Shown piece after piece: positions 18,687 to 27,708 of a stretch of 34,822 nt of DNA. The translations under genes were made by a program, and so were the position numbers. The notes below the pieces were generated by a model. That model saw only the letters and a program-made list of their open reading frames with translations. It had not been told where the DNA came from and did not search any database. Source of the DNA: Campylobacterales bacterium (GTDB lineage Bacteria; Campylobacterota; Campylobacteria; Campylobacterales; QNZT01); contig JALWLB010000150.1 in NCBI GenBank assembly GCA_027081145.1, positions 1 to 34,822 of the forward strand. Reading direction: 5' to 3'. The stretch's first letter is position 1. Every line of letters starts with the position of its first letter.

Positions 18687-18750
18687 GAATATAACCTAGT
18701 AGTCAAAAAGATAGATCGATCAATGTAGTTAGCTTTTGGGAATACTTTTC

Positions 18751-19509
18751 CTAAAAATTATTTACTATCTTTTCCCAAGCATTTTTTGTCTCTTTATATC
18801 CATACTCATAAGCTCTATCAATCGAGCTAAAATCAAAAATATGCATATTTGTAGTACCTTGAATTTCTAAAAAGGCATCACTATTTACTGATGAGCGACG
18901 AATATTTGAATTTAGCATGATTAATAAACTTCTAACCAACAGATCTTTTGTAGAATCAACTGGCTCTTTTTTGATAGGATTTACACTTATACTAAATACC
19001 TTATAATCTCTATTTTTTAAAGGAGTAAGCGGTAAATTATCCGCAAAGCCACCATCTATATAAAAATTATTATCTATCTTTTTTGCTTCAAATATGGGTG
19101 ATAGAGATGATGATGCTATTACTGACTCGATAGGATCGCCACTATTTAAATAACTCGCTTTTCCATCTGCTAAGTTTGTCACACATACAAAAAGAGGTAT
19201 TTTTAAATCATCAAAACTTTTAACATCTACTCTATCTCTTAAAAAAGTTTCAAAATTATCGAGTGAAAAAAAGCCGGGATTTTTACTAAGTTTAAATACA
19301 TCTCTTTTTTGAATCTGTTTTATAATATCAATTATCTCATCACTTTTTTTACCACTTGCAATCAAAAGTGCTACAATTGATCCTGCACTACTGCCTGAGA
19401 GTGCTTTTATCTTGATGTTTTGCTCTTCTAAAAATTTTAAAACTCCTACATGAGCAACCCCTCTAAATCCACCTCCACTCAAACATAAAGCCACCTCTTT
19501 AGCAGACAT
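18751..19509 (-). CDS. Patatin-like phospholipase
   Basis: LSGGGFRG, GSSAG nucleophile, DGG motif. Confidence 0.92.
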   Translation of the reverse strand: MSAKEVALCLSGGGFRGVAHVGVLKFLEEQNIKIKALSGSSAGSIVALLIASGKKSDEIIDIIKQIQKRDVFKLSKNPGFFSLDNFETFLRDRVDVKSFDDLKIPLFVCVTNLADGKASYLNSGDPIESVIASSSLSPIFEAKKIDNNFYIDGGFADNLPLTPLKNRDYKVFSISVNPIKKEPVDSTKDLLVRSLLIMLNSNIRRSSVNSDAFLEIQGTTNMHIFDFSSIDRAYEYGYKETKNAWEKIVNNF

Positions 19510-19545
19510 TGCTACTCCTTGTTTTCTTTTTGATTATTATATTAT

Positions 19546-20526
19546 CTATTTTTGACCAAAAAGTTGATATGTTTTTGGTGTTGCTATACGGCCTCTTGGA
19601 GTTTTTTCGATAAATCCATTTGCCAATAAATATGGCTCAATAACATCTTCGATAGTTCCTTCATCTTCACTAAGAGCCGCTGCGATAGTTGCCAATCCTA
19701 TAGCTTTTTCGGATGAGCTTAAAAGCTTTAAAAGCTTTAAATCCAACTCATCAAACCCATGCCCATCAACACCAAGTTCATCAAGAGCATATTTTGATCT
19801 CTCAAGAGTGATCTCTAACTCATTTTCAACTTCAGCATAATCTCTTATTCTTTTTAATAATCTCAAAGCAATTCTTGGAGTTCCACGACTTCGTTTGGCT
19901 GTCTCTAGTGCAGCATCAACAAGACAAACTTTGTTTAACTTATGAGAGGCTTTTATGATGATTTGAGATAACTCTTCATGTGAGTAAAATTGTAACCTAA
20001 AATGCATACCAAATCTATCTCTAAGGGGTGAGCTTATCATACCAGCTCTAGTGGTAGCTCCAATAAGTGTAAAAGGAGGAAGATCTATTTTGATAGTTTG
20101 AGCAGCAGGTCCACTTCCTATGATGATATCCAATCTAAAATCCTCCATCGCAGAGTATAATACCTCTTCAATAGCAGGTGAGAGTCGATGGATCTCATCT
20201 ATAAACAAAACATCACCCTCTTCAAGGTTGGTTAAAATTGCCGCTAAATCTCCACTCTTTTCTATCATCGGAGCAGCTGTTGTTTTGATATTTGTATTCA
20301 TCTCATTTGAGATAATATTTGCTAGAGTCGTTTTACCAAGACCAGGAGGTCCAAAAAATAGTACATGATCTAAGCACTCGTTTCTTTTTTGGGCTGCTTT
20401 TATAAAAACTTGTAAATTTTTTTTGATTTTGCTCTGACCTATATAATCATCAAAACAAAGAGGCCTAAGCATATTTTCATACTCTTGTTCAATAGTTAAT
20501 TTTTCAACTTCTACAACTCTTTGCAT
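19546..20526 (-). CDS. ruvB: Holliday junction branch migration helicase RuvB
   Basis: [38 protein letters not shown]. Confidence 0.98.
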   Translation of the reverse strand: MQRVVEVEKLTIEQEYENMLRPLCFDDYIGQSKIKKNLQVFIKAAQKRNECLDHVLFFGPPGLGKTTLANIISNEMNTNIKTTAAPMIEKSGDLAAILTNLEEGDVLFIDEIHRLSPAIEEVLYSAMEDFRLDIIIGSGPAAQTIKIDLPPFTLIGATTRAGMISSPLRDRFGMHFRLQFYSHEELSQIIIKASHKLNKVCLVDAALETAKRSRGTPRIALRLLKRIRDYAEVENELEITLERSKYALDELGVDGHGFDELDLKLLKLLSSSEKAIGLATIAAALSEDEGTIEDVIEPYLLANGFIEKTPRGRIATPKTYQLFGQK

Positions 20527-21335
20527 CAGTATATATACTCATCATTTGGAAATTTTTTACTCTTTACTTCATGGATATATTGATCTAGGGCATCTTTGAT
20601 AAGTTTTGATCCATTTAAATACTGTTTTACAAACTTTGGTTTAAACTCTTCAAAAAATCCAAACATATCAGACCAAACCAACACTTGCCCATCAACATCT
20701 CTTCCTGCTCCTATACCAATGGTAGGGATAGATACAGAGTTGGTTATAGCCTTTGTAGCCTCAGCTTTTACACCCTCAACCACTATACAAAATGCTCCTG
20801 CTTCTTCTATAGCTTTGGCATCTTGTATAAGTTTTTTGATATCTGTTTCATCTTTTCCTCGAACTTTATAACCCCCATCACTTCTAACAAATTGTGGCAT
20901 AAGCCCAATATGACCCATAACTGCGATAGAGTTAGAGGTAAGAGTTTTTATGATGTGAGCTCTTTCACAGCCACCCTCTATCTTGATAGCGTCTGCTTCG
21001 CACTCTTTGTAAACTTTGGTAGCATTTTTTAAAGCTTGTTTTTTGGTAGTGTATGAACCAAAAGGCATATCCAAAACAATCAAAGAGCTTTTAGCTCCAT
21101 TGCAAACTGCTTTAGTGTGATAGATCATTTGATCTAAATTGATAGATAGGGTATCTTTTTGGGCATTGAAGCTCATATTTAGACTATCACCTACTAAAAT
21201 AATATCTACTCCCTCATCAAACAATTTCGCAAAAAGTGCATCATAGGCAGTTATCATCACAATTGGATCTTTTGATTTTCTGTTTTTGATATCATGTATA
21301 GTGATCTTTTTTCTCTTTTTGGATTGGATACTCAA
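20526..21335 (-). CDS. panB: 3-methyl-2-oxobutanoate hydroxymethyltransferase
   Basis: [34 protein letters not shown]. Confidence 0.97.
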   Translation of the reverse strand: MSIQSKKRKKITIHDIKNRKSKDPIVMITAYDALFAKLFDEGVDIILVGDSLNMSFNAQKDTLSINLDQMIYHTKAVCNGAKSSLIVLDMPFGSYTTKKQALKNATKVYKECEADAIKIEGGCERAHIIKTLTSNSIAVMGHIGLMPQFVRSDGGYKVRGKDETDIKKLIQDAKAIEEAGAFCIVVEGVKAEATKAITNSVSIPTIGIGAGRDVDGQVLVWSDMFGFFEEFKPKFVKQYLNGSKLIKDALDQYIHEVKSKKFPNDEYIY

Positions 21336-21414
21336 TATCTCCCCTTTTTTATAACTTATACGATTTTACCTAAAATTGTTATAATACCTAATCAAAAAAT
21401 CTTTGGAGTCTTAT

Positions 21415-22155
21415 TTGAAAAAACTTGTAGCTTATATTACCACTGGTTTTCCTGATTTAAACTTTACTATCGATTTGGCTTTTGCTCTCAAAGAGTCTGG
21501 AGTTGATATGATAGAGCTTGGGATACCATTTTCTGATCCTGTTGCTGATGGAGTGATCATAGAAAAGGCAAACTTAAAAAGTTTACAAAATGGTTTTAGA
21601 TTGCAACATCTATTTGATATATCATCTCATATTGCAAAAGAGATTGATACTTTATGGATGGGGTATTTTAATCCTTTTTACAAAAAAGGAGTTGAAAATT
21701 TTATATCTGAGGCCAAAAAATGTGGTGTTAGTGGATTTATCATTCCTGATCTTCCTCATGAAGAGGCTATCATGTACAAGGATAAATTTATAAAAAACGG
21801 TTTAGCTCTTATAGACTTTGTAGCTCCAACAGACTCCAGAGATAGGATAAAAACCATCACAAAAGATGCTAAAAAATTTATATATCTAGTCGCATATGCT
21901 GGTATCACAGGAAGTGGCAGAGATGAAGATTTGCAAAATGTGATACGAGATATCAGATCATGTAGCGATACAGATATTTTTATAGGTTTTGGAGTAAATG
22001 AAAAAACAGCACAAAAAAAGGCAAAAAATGTAGATGGTGTGATAGTTGGAAGTGCTTTTGTTTCTATACTACTAGATGAAAATCTATCAAACTCTCAAAA
22101 AATCAAAAAGATCAAAAATTTAGCAACCATAATAAAAGAGAAAATCAATCAATAA
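21415..22155 (+). CDS. trpA: Tryptophan synthase alpha chain
   Basis: ELGIPFSDPVADG, IIPDLP, GITG, GFGV, DGVIVGSA. TTG 21415 follows GGAG; extended -10 TGTTATAAT at 21377-21385. Confidence 0.96.
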   Translation: MKKLVAYITTGFPDLNFTIDLAFALKESGVDMIELGIPFSDPVADGVIIEKANLKSLQNGFRLQHLFDISSHIAKEIDTLWMGYFNPFYKKGVENFISEAKKCGVSGFIIPDLPHEEAIMYKDKFIKNGLALIDFVAPTDSRDRIKTITKDAKKFIYLVAYAGITGSGRDEDLQNVIRDIRSCSDTDIFIGFGVNEKTAQKKAKNVDGVIVGSAFVSILLDENLSNSQKIKKIKNLATIIKEKINQ

Positions 22156-22209
22156 TTTCCTCTCTATGCCGATATATCATGTAACAATAAATTTATAATG
22201 GAGTTTATC

Positions 22210-22446
22210 ATGATAGAAAAATTTTCAGATGATTTTGAAGTGTGTGAGTGTAGAGGGCTTAGTCTTGGTGAAATTGTAAATGCTATAAAAGAGTATGACT
22301 TAGAGAGTGTTGAAGAGATCATGGAGCAAACAGATGCTGGAACTGCTTGTGGGAGTTGTGTAAGTATCAAAGAGAGTGGTGGTGATAAAGAGTTGCATTT
22401 AGAAGATATATTAAGAGATATCAAAAAAGGCTTGACAACTGCTTAA
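22210..22446 (+). CDS. BFD-like [2Fe-2S]-binding protein
   Basis: VCECRG ... TDAGTACGSC. ATG 22210 follows GGAG. Confidence 0.88.
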   Translation: MIEKFSDDFEVCECRGLSLGEIVNAIKEYDLESVEEIMEQTDAGTACGSCVSIKESGGDKELHLEDILRDIKKGLTTA

Positions 22447-22460
22447 AAAAGTGGTATAGT
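22432..22460 (+). promoter_or_regulatory. sigma70 promoter of ssrA
   Basis: TTGACA (22432-22437), 17-nt spacer, TGG-TATAGT (22455-22460). Confidence 0.8.
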
Positions 22461-22470
22461 AAAGGTCTTT

Positions 22471-22843
22471 GGGAGTGACTTGGCTTCGACAGGAACAGGT
22501 TGGTTTTGATCGCATGTGGTCCTTGATACGACCTTAATCTGTCTCGTTAAAATAAACGCAAACAATACAAACTATAGACCTGCGCTAGCAGTAGCGTAAG
22601 AGCCTAACGGACTGGTCAGTTACATAAGTACTCTTTGCTATTGAGAGCTTATGTGGCTTCAGAACAAAACCAATAGCTTGGATTTGTAATCGCTCAATTA
22701 CAAATCGACACCTTGAGCTTTGGATAGAGTAAGTTTTGGGCGATGTACAAGCTCTATCGACATTTATCATCGCTACTAAACATGTAGAAGTCAAAATGGA
22801 AACCTGTTTTTGGACTGGGGTTCGATCCCCCACACTTCCACCA
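22471..22843 (+). ncRNA. ssrA: tmRNA (transfer-messenger RNA)
   Basis: Acceptor stem GGGAGTG/CACTTCC-ACCA with G3.U, GGCTTCGAC 5' motif, T-arm GGGGTTCGATCCCC, tag ORF 22558-22599 ANNTNYRPALAVA*. Confidence 0.97.
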
Positions 22844-22902
22844 AAATAATAGTTATTTATAACATTTCTTTCTATGTTTAACTTGATAAACAGTTAAAAT
22901 AA

Positions 22903-23136
22903 GGCGGACACTCTGTTGCACCAAATACCATAATCAGTAGATATAAAAGATCTATGATAAATCTGGAAAAAGCTATCATATATGCCGATAAAACATACAT
23001 TTTTGATAATAGTACAAAATATCACAAACAAATAGACCAAATAGTAAAACAAAACTGGCTTATTTTAAAAGTAAAAAATTTACCTAGTTGGGTCAAAAAT
23101 ATAAAATTCAATGATTTTTCAAAAAAGGCTACATGA
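22903..23136 (+). pseudogene. 3' remnant of a zeta-toxin-like / P-loop ATPase gene
   Basis: Frame reads GGHSVAPNTIISRYKRSMINLEKAIIYADKTYIFDNS, matching the GGH..P...I..RY.RS...L..A...AD....FDNS pattern of this family. It is preceded by an in-frame TAA, with no Walker A and no start. Confidence 0.75.
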
Positions 23137-23137
23137 T

Positions 23138-23248
23138 ATGTCAAAAATCATACTGGTTTTTACTTGTATATTTATAACTACTCTGACTTCAAACACCCTA
23201 TCCTTGCAAAAATCAAAAATATATAAAGATCAAAATATAAATGGCTAG
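23138..23248 (+). pseudogene. Short ORF with signal-peptide-like N-terminus, probably a decayed exported-protein gene
   Basis: MSKIILVFTCIFITTLTSNTLSLQKSKIYKDQNING*. The frame stays open for 20 codons after the TAG. Confidence 0.3.
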
Positions 23249-23298
23249 TCTATAAGTGGGCTTAATGGTAAAGTATTAAGGTGTAAATGTAAAAGCTT

Positions 23299-23325
23299 AG
23301 TTATTTTTTAGTACTATATATAATG
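23299..23325 (+). promoter_or_regulatory. ModE-box-like site and -10 element overlapping the modA start
   Basis: AGTTATTTT-N9-TATATAATG resembles CGTTATATA-Nn-TATATAACG. TACTAT at 23312-23317 lies 5 nt before the ATG. Confidence 0.4.
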
Positions 23326-24072
23326 CACATTATAAAAGTAGTCACTATTTTATCTATTTTGTATATCAATGCTTTTGCCAAAAATATCACTGTTGCTGTT
23401 AGTGCAAATGCTAGTTATGTTATAGAGGAGTTGATAAAGAGGTTTAATAAACTCTATCCAGATATAACGGTTAAAACTATTTTAGGTAGTAGTGGAAAAT
23501 TAACAGCTCAAATAAACCACAATGCTTTGGTAGATCTTTTTATCTCAGCTGATATGAGTTATCCTCAAAGCTTATATAAAAACTCTATTGCTTTATCTCC
23601 TGCTAAGGTTTATGCTATAGGAGAGATAGCGTTATTTAGTACTAAAGGGTTTGATCTTGGTTTGGGATTAGAGATATTAAAAAATCCAAAAATTAAAAAG
23701 ATAGCAATAGCAAATCCAAAAACGGCCCCTTATGGAAAAGCCACTATACAAGCACTAAAAAATGCAAAAATTTATAATCTCATAAAAGATAAACTCGTAT
23801 ATGCCGAATCTATCGCACAAGCTATATCTTATACTATATTGGTTGCAGATATTGGTATAGTAGCTCTCTCATCACTACACAGTAAAAATATGAAAAAATA
23901 TGAAAAAAACACTCACTATAAAAAGATCAATCCAAATCTCTATACACCTATCAAACAAGGCATAGTTATGCTACGCGATAATAAAGAGACAAAAAAATTT
24001 TATGATTTTATCCTTAGCAAAGATGCAAAAAAGATATTTCAAAAAAATGGCTACATGATAAGTGATGATTGA
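23323..24072 (+). CDS. modA: Molybdate ABC transporter substrate-binding protein
   Basis: Signal peptide, GSSGKL, DLFISAD, IANPKTAPYG, PIKQG. Confidence 0.93.
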   Translation: MHIIKVVTILSILYINAFAKNITVAVSANASYVIEELIKRFNKLYPDITVKTILGSSGKLTAQINHNALVDLFISADMSYPQSLYKNSIALSPAKVYAIGEIALFSTKGFDLGLGLEILKNPKIKKIAIANPKTAPYGKATIQALKNAKIYNLIKDKLVYAESIAQAISYTILVADIGIVALSSLHSKNMKKYEKNTHYKKINPNLYTPIKQGIVMLRDNKETKKFYDFILSKDAKKIFQKNGYMISDD

Positions 24073-24745
24073 TTTAACTCCATTTTTAATATCGTTTAAA
24101 TTGGCTTTTATTACTACTTTGATTTTATTTATCATATCTGTACCAATAGCTTGGTTTTTATCCCAAACAGATTCAAACTCAAAACCATTTATAGAGGCTA
24201 TAATCGCTATGCCTATTGTTTTGCCTCCATCTGTACTTGGATTTTATATACTTGTTACACTCTCAACAAACTCTCCTATTGGAGCATTTTTTGATGAGTA
24301 TTTTGATATAAAGCTTGTTTTTAATTTCACCTCTTTGGTAATTGCTAGTTGTTTTTATTCACTTCCATTTATGATACAACCTCTTCAGGCTGGTTTTGAA
24401 TCTCTAAATAAAAACATGATCGAAGCATCATACATTTGTGGTAAAAATAGAATTCAAACGCTTCTTTTAGTAGCACTTCCAAATATCAAACCATCGATCA
24501 TTATAGCTCTTATTATCACTTTTGCCCATACTATTGGAGAGTTTGGTGTGGTATTGATGGTTGGTGGAAGTATCGAAGGAGAGACAAAAGTAGCCTCTGT
24601 TACAATTTATGAAATGGTTGAAATTATGGATTATAAAATGGCTCATATCTATAGTGCTATTATGCTTGGAATTAGTTTTATAACTCTGTTATTTGTTTAT
24701 ATGTTTAACTATAGATATAATAAAAAGCTAAAAGAGCCTACATGA
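24065..24745 (+). CDS. modB: Molybdate ABC transporter permease
   Basis: PIVLPPSVLGFY, SLPFMIQP, EAS, FAHTIGEFGVVLMVGG. Confidence 0.95.
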   Translation: MIDLTPFLISFKLAFITTLILFIISVPIAWFLSQTDSNSKPFIEAIIAMPIVLPPSVLGFYILVTLSTNSPIGAFFDEYFDIKLVFNFTSLVIASCFYSLPFMIQPLQAGFESLNKNMIEASYICGKNRIQTLLLVALPNIKPSIIIALIITFAHTIGEFGVVLMVGGSIEGETKVASVTIYEMVEIMDYKMAHIYSAIMLGISFITLLFVYMFNYRYNKKLKEPT

Positions 24746-24747
24746 TA
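24730..24747 (+). repeat. 18-bp direct repeat, left copy
   Basis: AAAAGAGCCTACATGATA, identical to 25375-25392; contains the modB stop. Confidence 0.9.
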
Positions 24748-24753
24748 AATATA

Positions 24754-24762
24754 TGCTATAAT
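24754..24762 (+). promoter_or_regulatory. Extended -10 promoter for the toxin-antitoxin pair (leaderless)
   Basis: TGCTATAAT ends 5 nt before ATG 24768; no SD sequence. Confidence 0.65.
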
Positions 24763-24767
24763 AACTC

Positions 24768-25037
24768 ATGCAAATAAATTGGAGCGATGAGAAAAACAGT
24801 ATTTTAAAGCAAACTCGAAATATATCTTTTGAGGATGTGGAAAATGCTATTATGAATGATAAAATTTTAGATATTATTCCTCATCATAATCAAGAAAAAT
24901 TTGCACATCAAGAGTTGATGATAGTACAGATATATGATTATACATACTATGTACCATTTGTGATGAATGAAGAAGAGATATTTTTGAAAAATATCATTCC
25001 TAGTCGTAAATATCATAAAAAATACAAGAAGGAATAA
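24768..25037 (+). CDS. BrnT-like (RelE-fold) toxin
   Basis: WSDEKN..LK..RNISFE N-terminus, YYVPFV, FLKNIIPSRK. Confidence 0.8.
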   Translation: MQINWSDEKNSILKQTRNISFEDVENAIMNDKILDIIPHHNQEKFAHQELMIVQIYDYTYYVPFVMNEEEIFLKNIIPSRKYHKKYKKE

Positions 25038-25040
25038 ATC

Positions 25041-25316
25041 ATGTACTCTAAAGAAGAGTTAGAGATAATAGACTATATTGAAAATAAAAATCCAAAATCT
25101 GCACCCGATGCAAAATCTAAAATGCAACAGATAAAATCTGCTGTGAGAAATAAACATAATAAACAAAAAGTTATTAGTGTGAAGATATTAGAAAGTGATC
25201 TTGAAAAGTTCAAAGCAAAAGCATTAAAAGAGGGTATGCCATATCAAACACTTTTAAATTCCATACTTCATAAGTATATTTCTGGAGAGTTGATTGATAA
25301 GAGTAAAATAGCATAA
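25041..25316 (+). CDS. BrnA/CopG-like RHH antitoxin
   Basis: ISVKILESDLEKFKAKALKEGMPYQTLLNSILHKY; located downstream of the toxin. Confidence 0.82.
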   Translation: MYSKEELEIIDYIENKNPKSAPDAKSKMQQIKSAVRNKHNKQKVISVKILESDLEKFKAKALKEGMPYQTLLNSILHKYISGELIDKSKIA

Positions 25317-25374
25317 AAACAAAAAGGGATAAGCACAAGAGTGTTAAAAACTACTATTTTGTCACCTGATTTTA

Positions 25375-25392
25375 AAAAGAGCCTACATGATA
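25375..25392 (+). repeat. 18-bp direct repeat, right copy
   Basis: AAAAGAGCCTACATGATA, identical to 24730-24747; contains the modC ATG. Confidence 0.9.
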
Positions 25393-26166
25393 GAGATACG
25401 ATTTAAACAAAAGATTTTTGATATAGATTTTGATATAGATTTAAAACTACAAAATAGAAGCTTTATAACACTTATTGGTCAAAATGGTAGTGGCAAAAGT
25501 ACATTTTTAAAAATCCTAGCAGGTCTGATAAAAATAGACTCGGGATATATAAATATAGAAAATCACATTTGGCAAGATAAAAATTTTTCACTTCCTACAC
25601 AAAATAGAGAGATTGGATTTGTGTTTCAAGATTATGCTCTTTTTGAAAATATGAGTGTCGAAAAAAACTTACTATTTGCCAATAGAGATAAAAATTTAGC
25701 CAATGAATTGCTTAAAATGACAGATTTACTCAAAATAAAAAACAATCTACCCTCTCAACTATCAGGCGGTCAAAAACAAAAAGTTGCAATTTTAAGAGCT
25801 ATGATGAAAAAACCTAAACTTCTTTTACTAGATGAGCCTCTATCATCTTTGGATAGATCAACAAAAGAGAAACTTCAAAATGAGATTTTAAAATTTCATC
25901 ATAAGTTTAAAACAACAACAATTATGGTAACTCATGATTTACATGATATCTGTCATATAGGTGATAAAATTTTAAAATTAAAAGATGGCAAAATAAGCTC
26001 TAAAGAGATAGATGAGTTTAAAAATGATATGGTAGATGGTAAAATTACAAATATATCCAAACAAGATTTAGAATATATAGTTACACTAAAAACAAAAAAC
26101 CATAAGATAAAAAATTACAAAATCAAAGAGACTATCAACTTATCTCGCAAAGTCGATAGCTCTTAA
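25387..26166 (+). CDS. modC: Molybdate ABC transporter ATP-binding protein
   Basis: GQNGSGKS, VFQDYALF, LSGGQKQ, LLLDEP, VTHD; downstream of modAB. Confidence 0.88.
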   Translation: MIEIRFKQKIFDIDFDIDLKLQNRSFITLIGQNGSGKSTFLKILAGLIKIDSGYINIENHIWQDKNFSLPTQNREIGFVFQDYALFENMSVEKNLLFANRDKNLANELLKMTDLLKIKNNLPSQLSGGQKQKVAILRAMMKKPKLLLLDEPLSSLDRSTKEKLQNEILKFHHKFKTTTIMVTHDLHDICHIGDKILKLKDGKISSKEIDEFKNDMVDGKITNISKQDLEYIVTLKTKNHKIKNYKIKETINLSRKVDSS

Positions 26167-27708
26167 TTCTCTAATTACATTTACTTTGATCTCTCCTGGA
26201 TATTGCACTTTTTCTTCTATCTCTTTTGCAATCTCTTTGGATAACAGTACTGCTTCATCATCATTTATCAAATGTGCATTTGCAATCACTCTTATCTCTC
26301 TACCTGCATTTATAGCATAAGCTTTACTCACTCCATTTTTACTGACTGCTATCTCTTCTATCTCTTGAACTCTTCTTAAAAAACTCTCTAGCACTTCTCT
26401 TCTTGCACCTGGTCTTGCTGCTGAGAGAGTATCAGCAGCACAAACTGCAGCCGATTCAATACTGGTAGCTTCTTGGTGTCCATGATGAGCATAAATTGCA
26501 TTTATAACCACTTCATCCTCTTTGTATCTTTTACAAATATCGGCTCCCAAATCTACATGACTTCCTGAATACTCATGAGTTAAAGCTTTACCAATATCGT
26601 GTAATATTCCTGCTCTTTTAGCTTTTATACTATCTCCACCACTCTCAGCTGCTATAATACCTGCTAAATGAGCAACTTCTAATGAATGAGCTAGTGCATT
26701 TTGACCATAACTAGCTCGAAATTTTAGCCTTCCAATAAGCTTTAAAATCTCTGGATGCATACCAGTTAAACCCAAATCAAATACTATATCTTCCCCCTCT
26801 TTTAAAAGAGAACTTTCAAACTCACTTGTTACTTTTTCGCATATCTCTTCAATACGAGCAGGTTGAACTCTTCCATCTTTGACCAACAAATCTATAACTT
26901 TAACTGCAATTGCTCTTCTATAGAGATTAAAACTACTAACTATAATAAGGTTTGGAGTATCATCTATAATAATATCCACCCCTAAAAGCATCTCAAGAGC
27001 TTTTATATTTCTACCCTCTTTACCGATAATTTTACCCTTTAACTCATCACTTGGTAAACTAACACTACTAATAAGCCTCTCTGCTGCAAAATCACCAGCA
27101 TATCTTGAAGTTGCTTGAGCTAGTATATAATTTGCCCTTTTTTCAGCCTCTTTTTTTGCATCTTGCTCATATTTTCTAACTATATGTGCTATCTCTGCTC
27201 TCGCATTTTCTGTAGTTTTTTGCAAAACAATCTCTTTTGCCTCTTGTTTTGTTAAACCTGCTGTTTTTTCTAAAATCGAAACTGCTTCATCAAGTTTTTC
27301 TTGATACTCTTTTTTAAGTGTATTAAGCTCTTTTACCTGTTTTTCAAACTCTTTTCTCTCTTTTTTGAGCTCATCTTTTTCAATTGTAATATTTTTTAAC
27401 TCTTCTTTAAAAAGATTGTTTAACTCTTCATCTTTTTGCTGTAGTTTTGCAAACTTTTTTTCATACTCTTGTGTTAGATGCTTTGTTCTGTTTTCAAACT
27501 CTTTTTTGGCTTCAATTTCAAGCTCTTTTGCCTTTGTTTTAGAGTTTTGTAAAATTATCTCTGCTTCATGCTCAATCGCTTTTGCTTTTGCTTTTGCCTG
27601 TTCTTCATAGACATCAATTTTTGCCCTATTTATCTTATTTGCTATAAAAAAAGCTACTATAGCTCCTAAAATTGCTGCACTCACTCCAACAAGAAGCTCT
27701 ATTATCAT
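26140..27708 (-). CDS. rny: Ribonuclease Y
   Basis: N-terminal TM, coiled coil, KH (GKIIGKEGRNI), HD (LHDIGK), SAARPGARRE. Confidence 0.97.
   Translation of the reverse strand: MIIELLVGVSAAILGAIVAFFIANKINRAKIDVYEEQAKAKAKAIEHEAEIILQNSKTKAKELEIEAKKEFENRTKHLTQEYEKKFAKLQQKDEELNNLFKEELKNITIEKDELKKERKEFEKQVKELNTLKKEYQEKLDEAVSILEKTAGLTKQEAKEIVLQKTTENARAEIAHIVRKYEQDAKKEAEKRANYILAQATSRYAGDFAAERLISSVSLPSDELKGKIIGKEGRNIKALEMLLGVDIIIDDTPNLIIVSSFNLYRRAIAVKVIDLLVKDGRVQPARIEEICEKVTSEFESSLLKEGEDIVFDLGLTGMHPEILKLIGRLKFRASYGQNALAHSLEVAHLAGIIAAESGGDSIKAKRAGILHDIGKALTHEYSGSHVDLGADICKRYKEDEVVINAIYAHHGHQEATSIESAAVCAADTLSAARPGARREVLESFLRRVQEIEEIAVSKNGVSKAYAINAGREIRVIANAHLINDDEAVLLSKEIAKEIEEKVQYPGEIKVNVIRELRAIDFAR

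Noticed and set aside
18598-18750. 6S RNA or riboswitch in the metY-patatin gap
   Set aside because: The stems are strongly asymmetric and AT-rich, and the region is 3' of both genes. Kept only as an unexplained inverted repeat.
22585-22833. 82-aa ORF on the minus strand
   Set aside because: Lies antisense within the tmRNA gene.
22844-22900. dif/difH site
   Set aside because: The small IR does not match the difH pattern as I recall it, and no xerH gene is nearby.
22844-26166. Intact prophage, ICE or integron at ssrA
   Set aside because: No integrase, attR duplication, attC sites or phage genes were seen.
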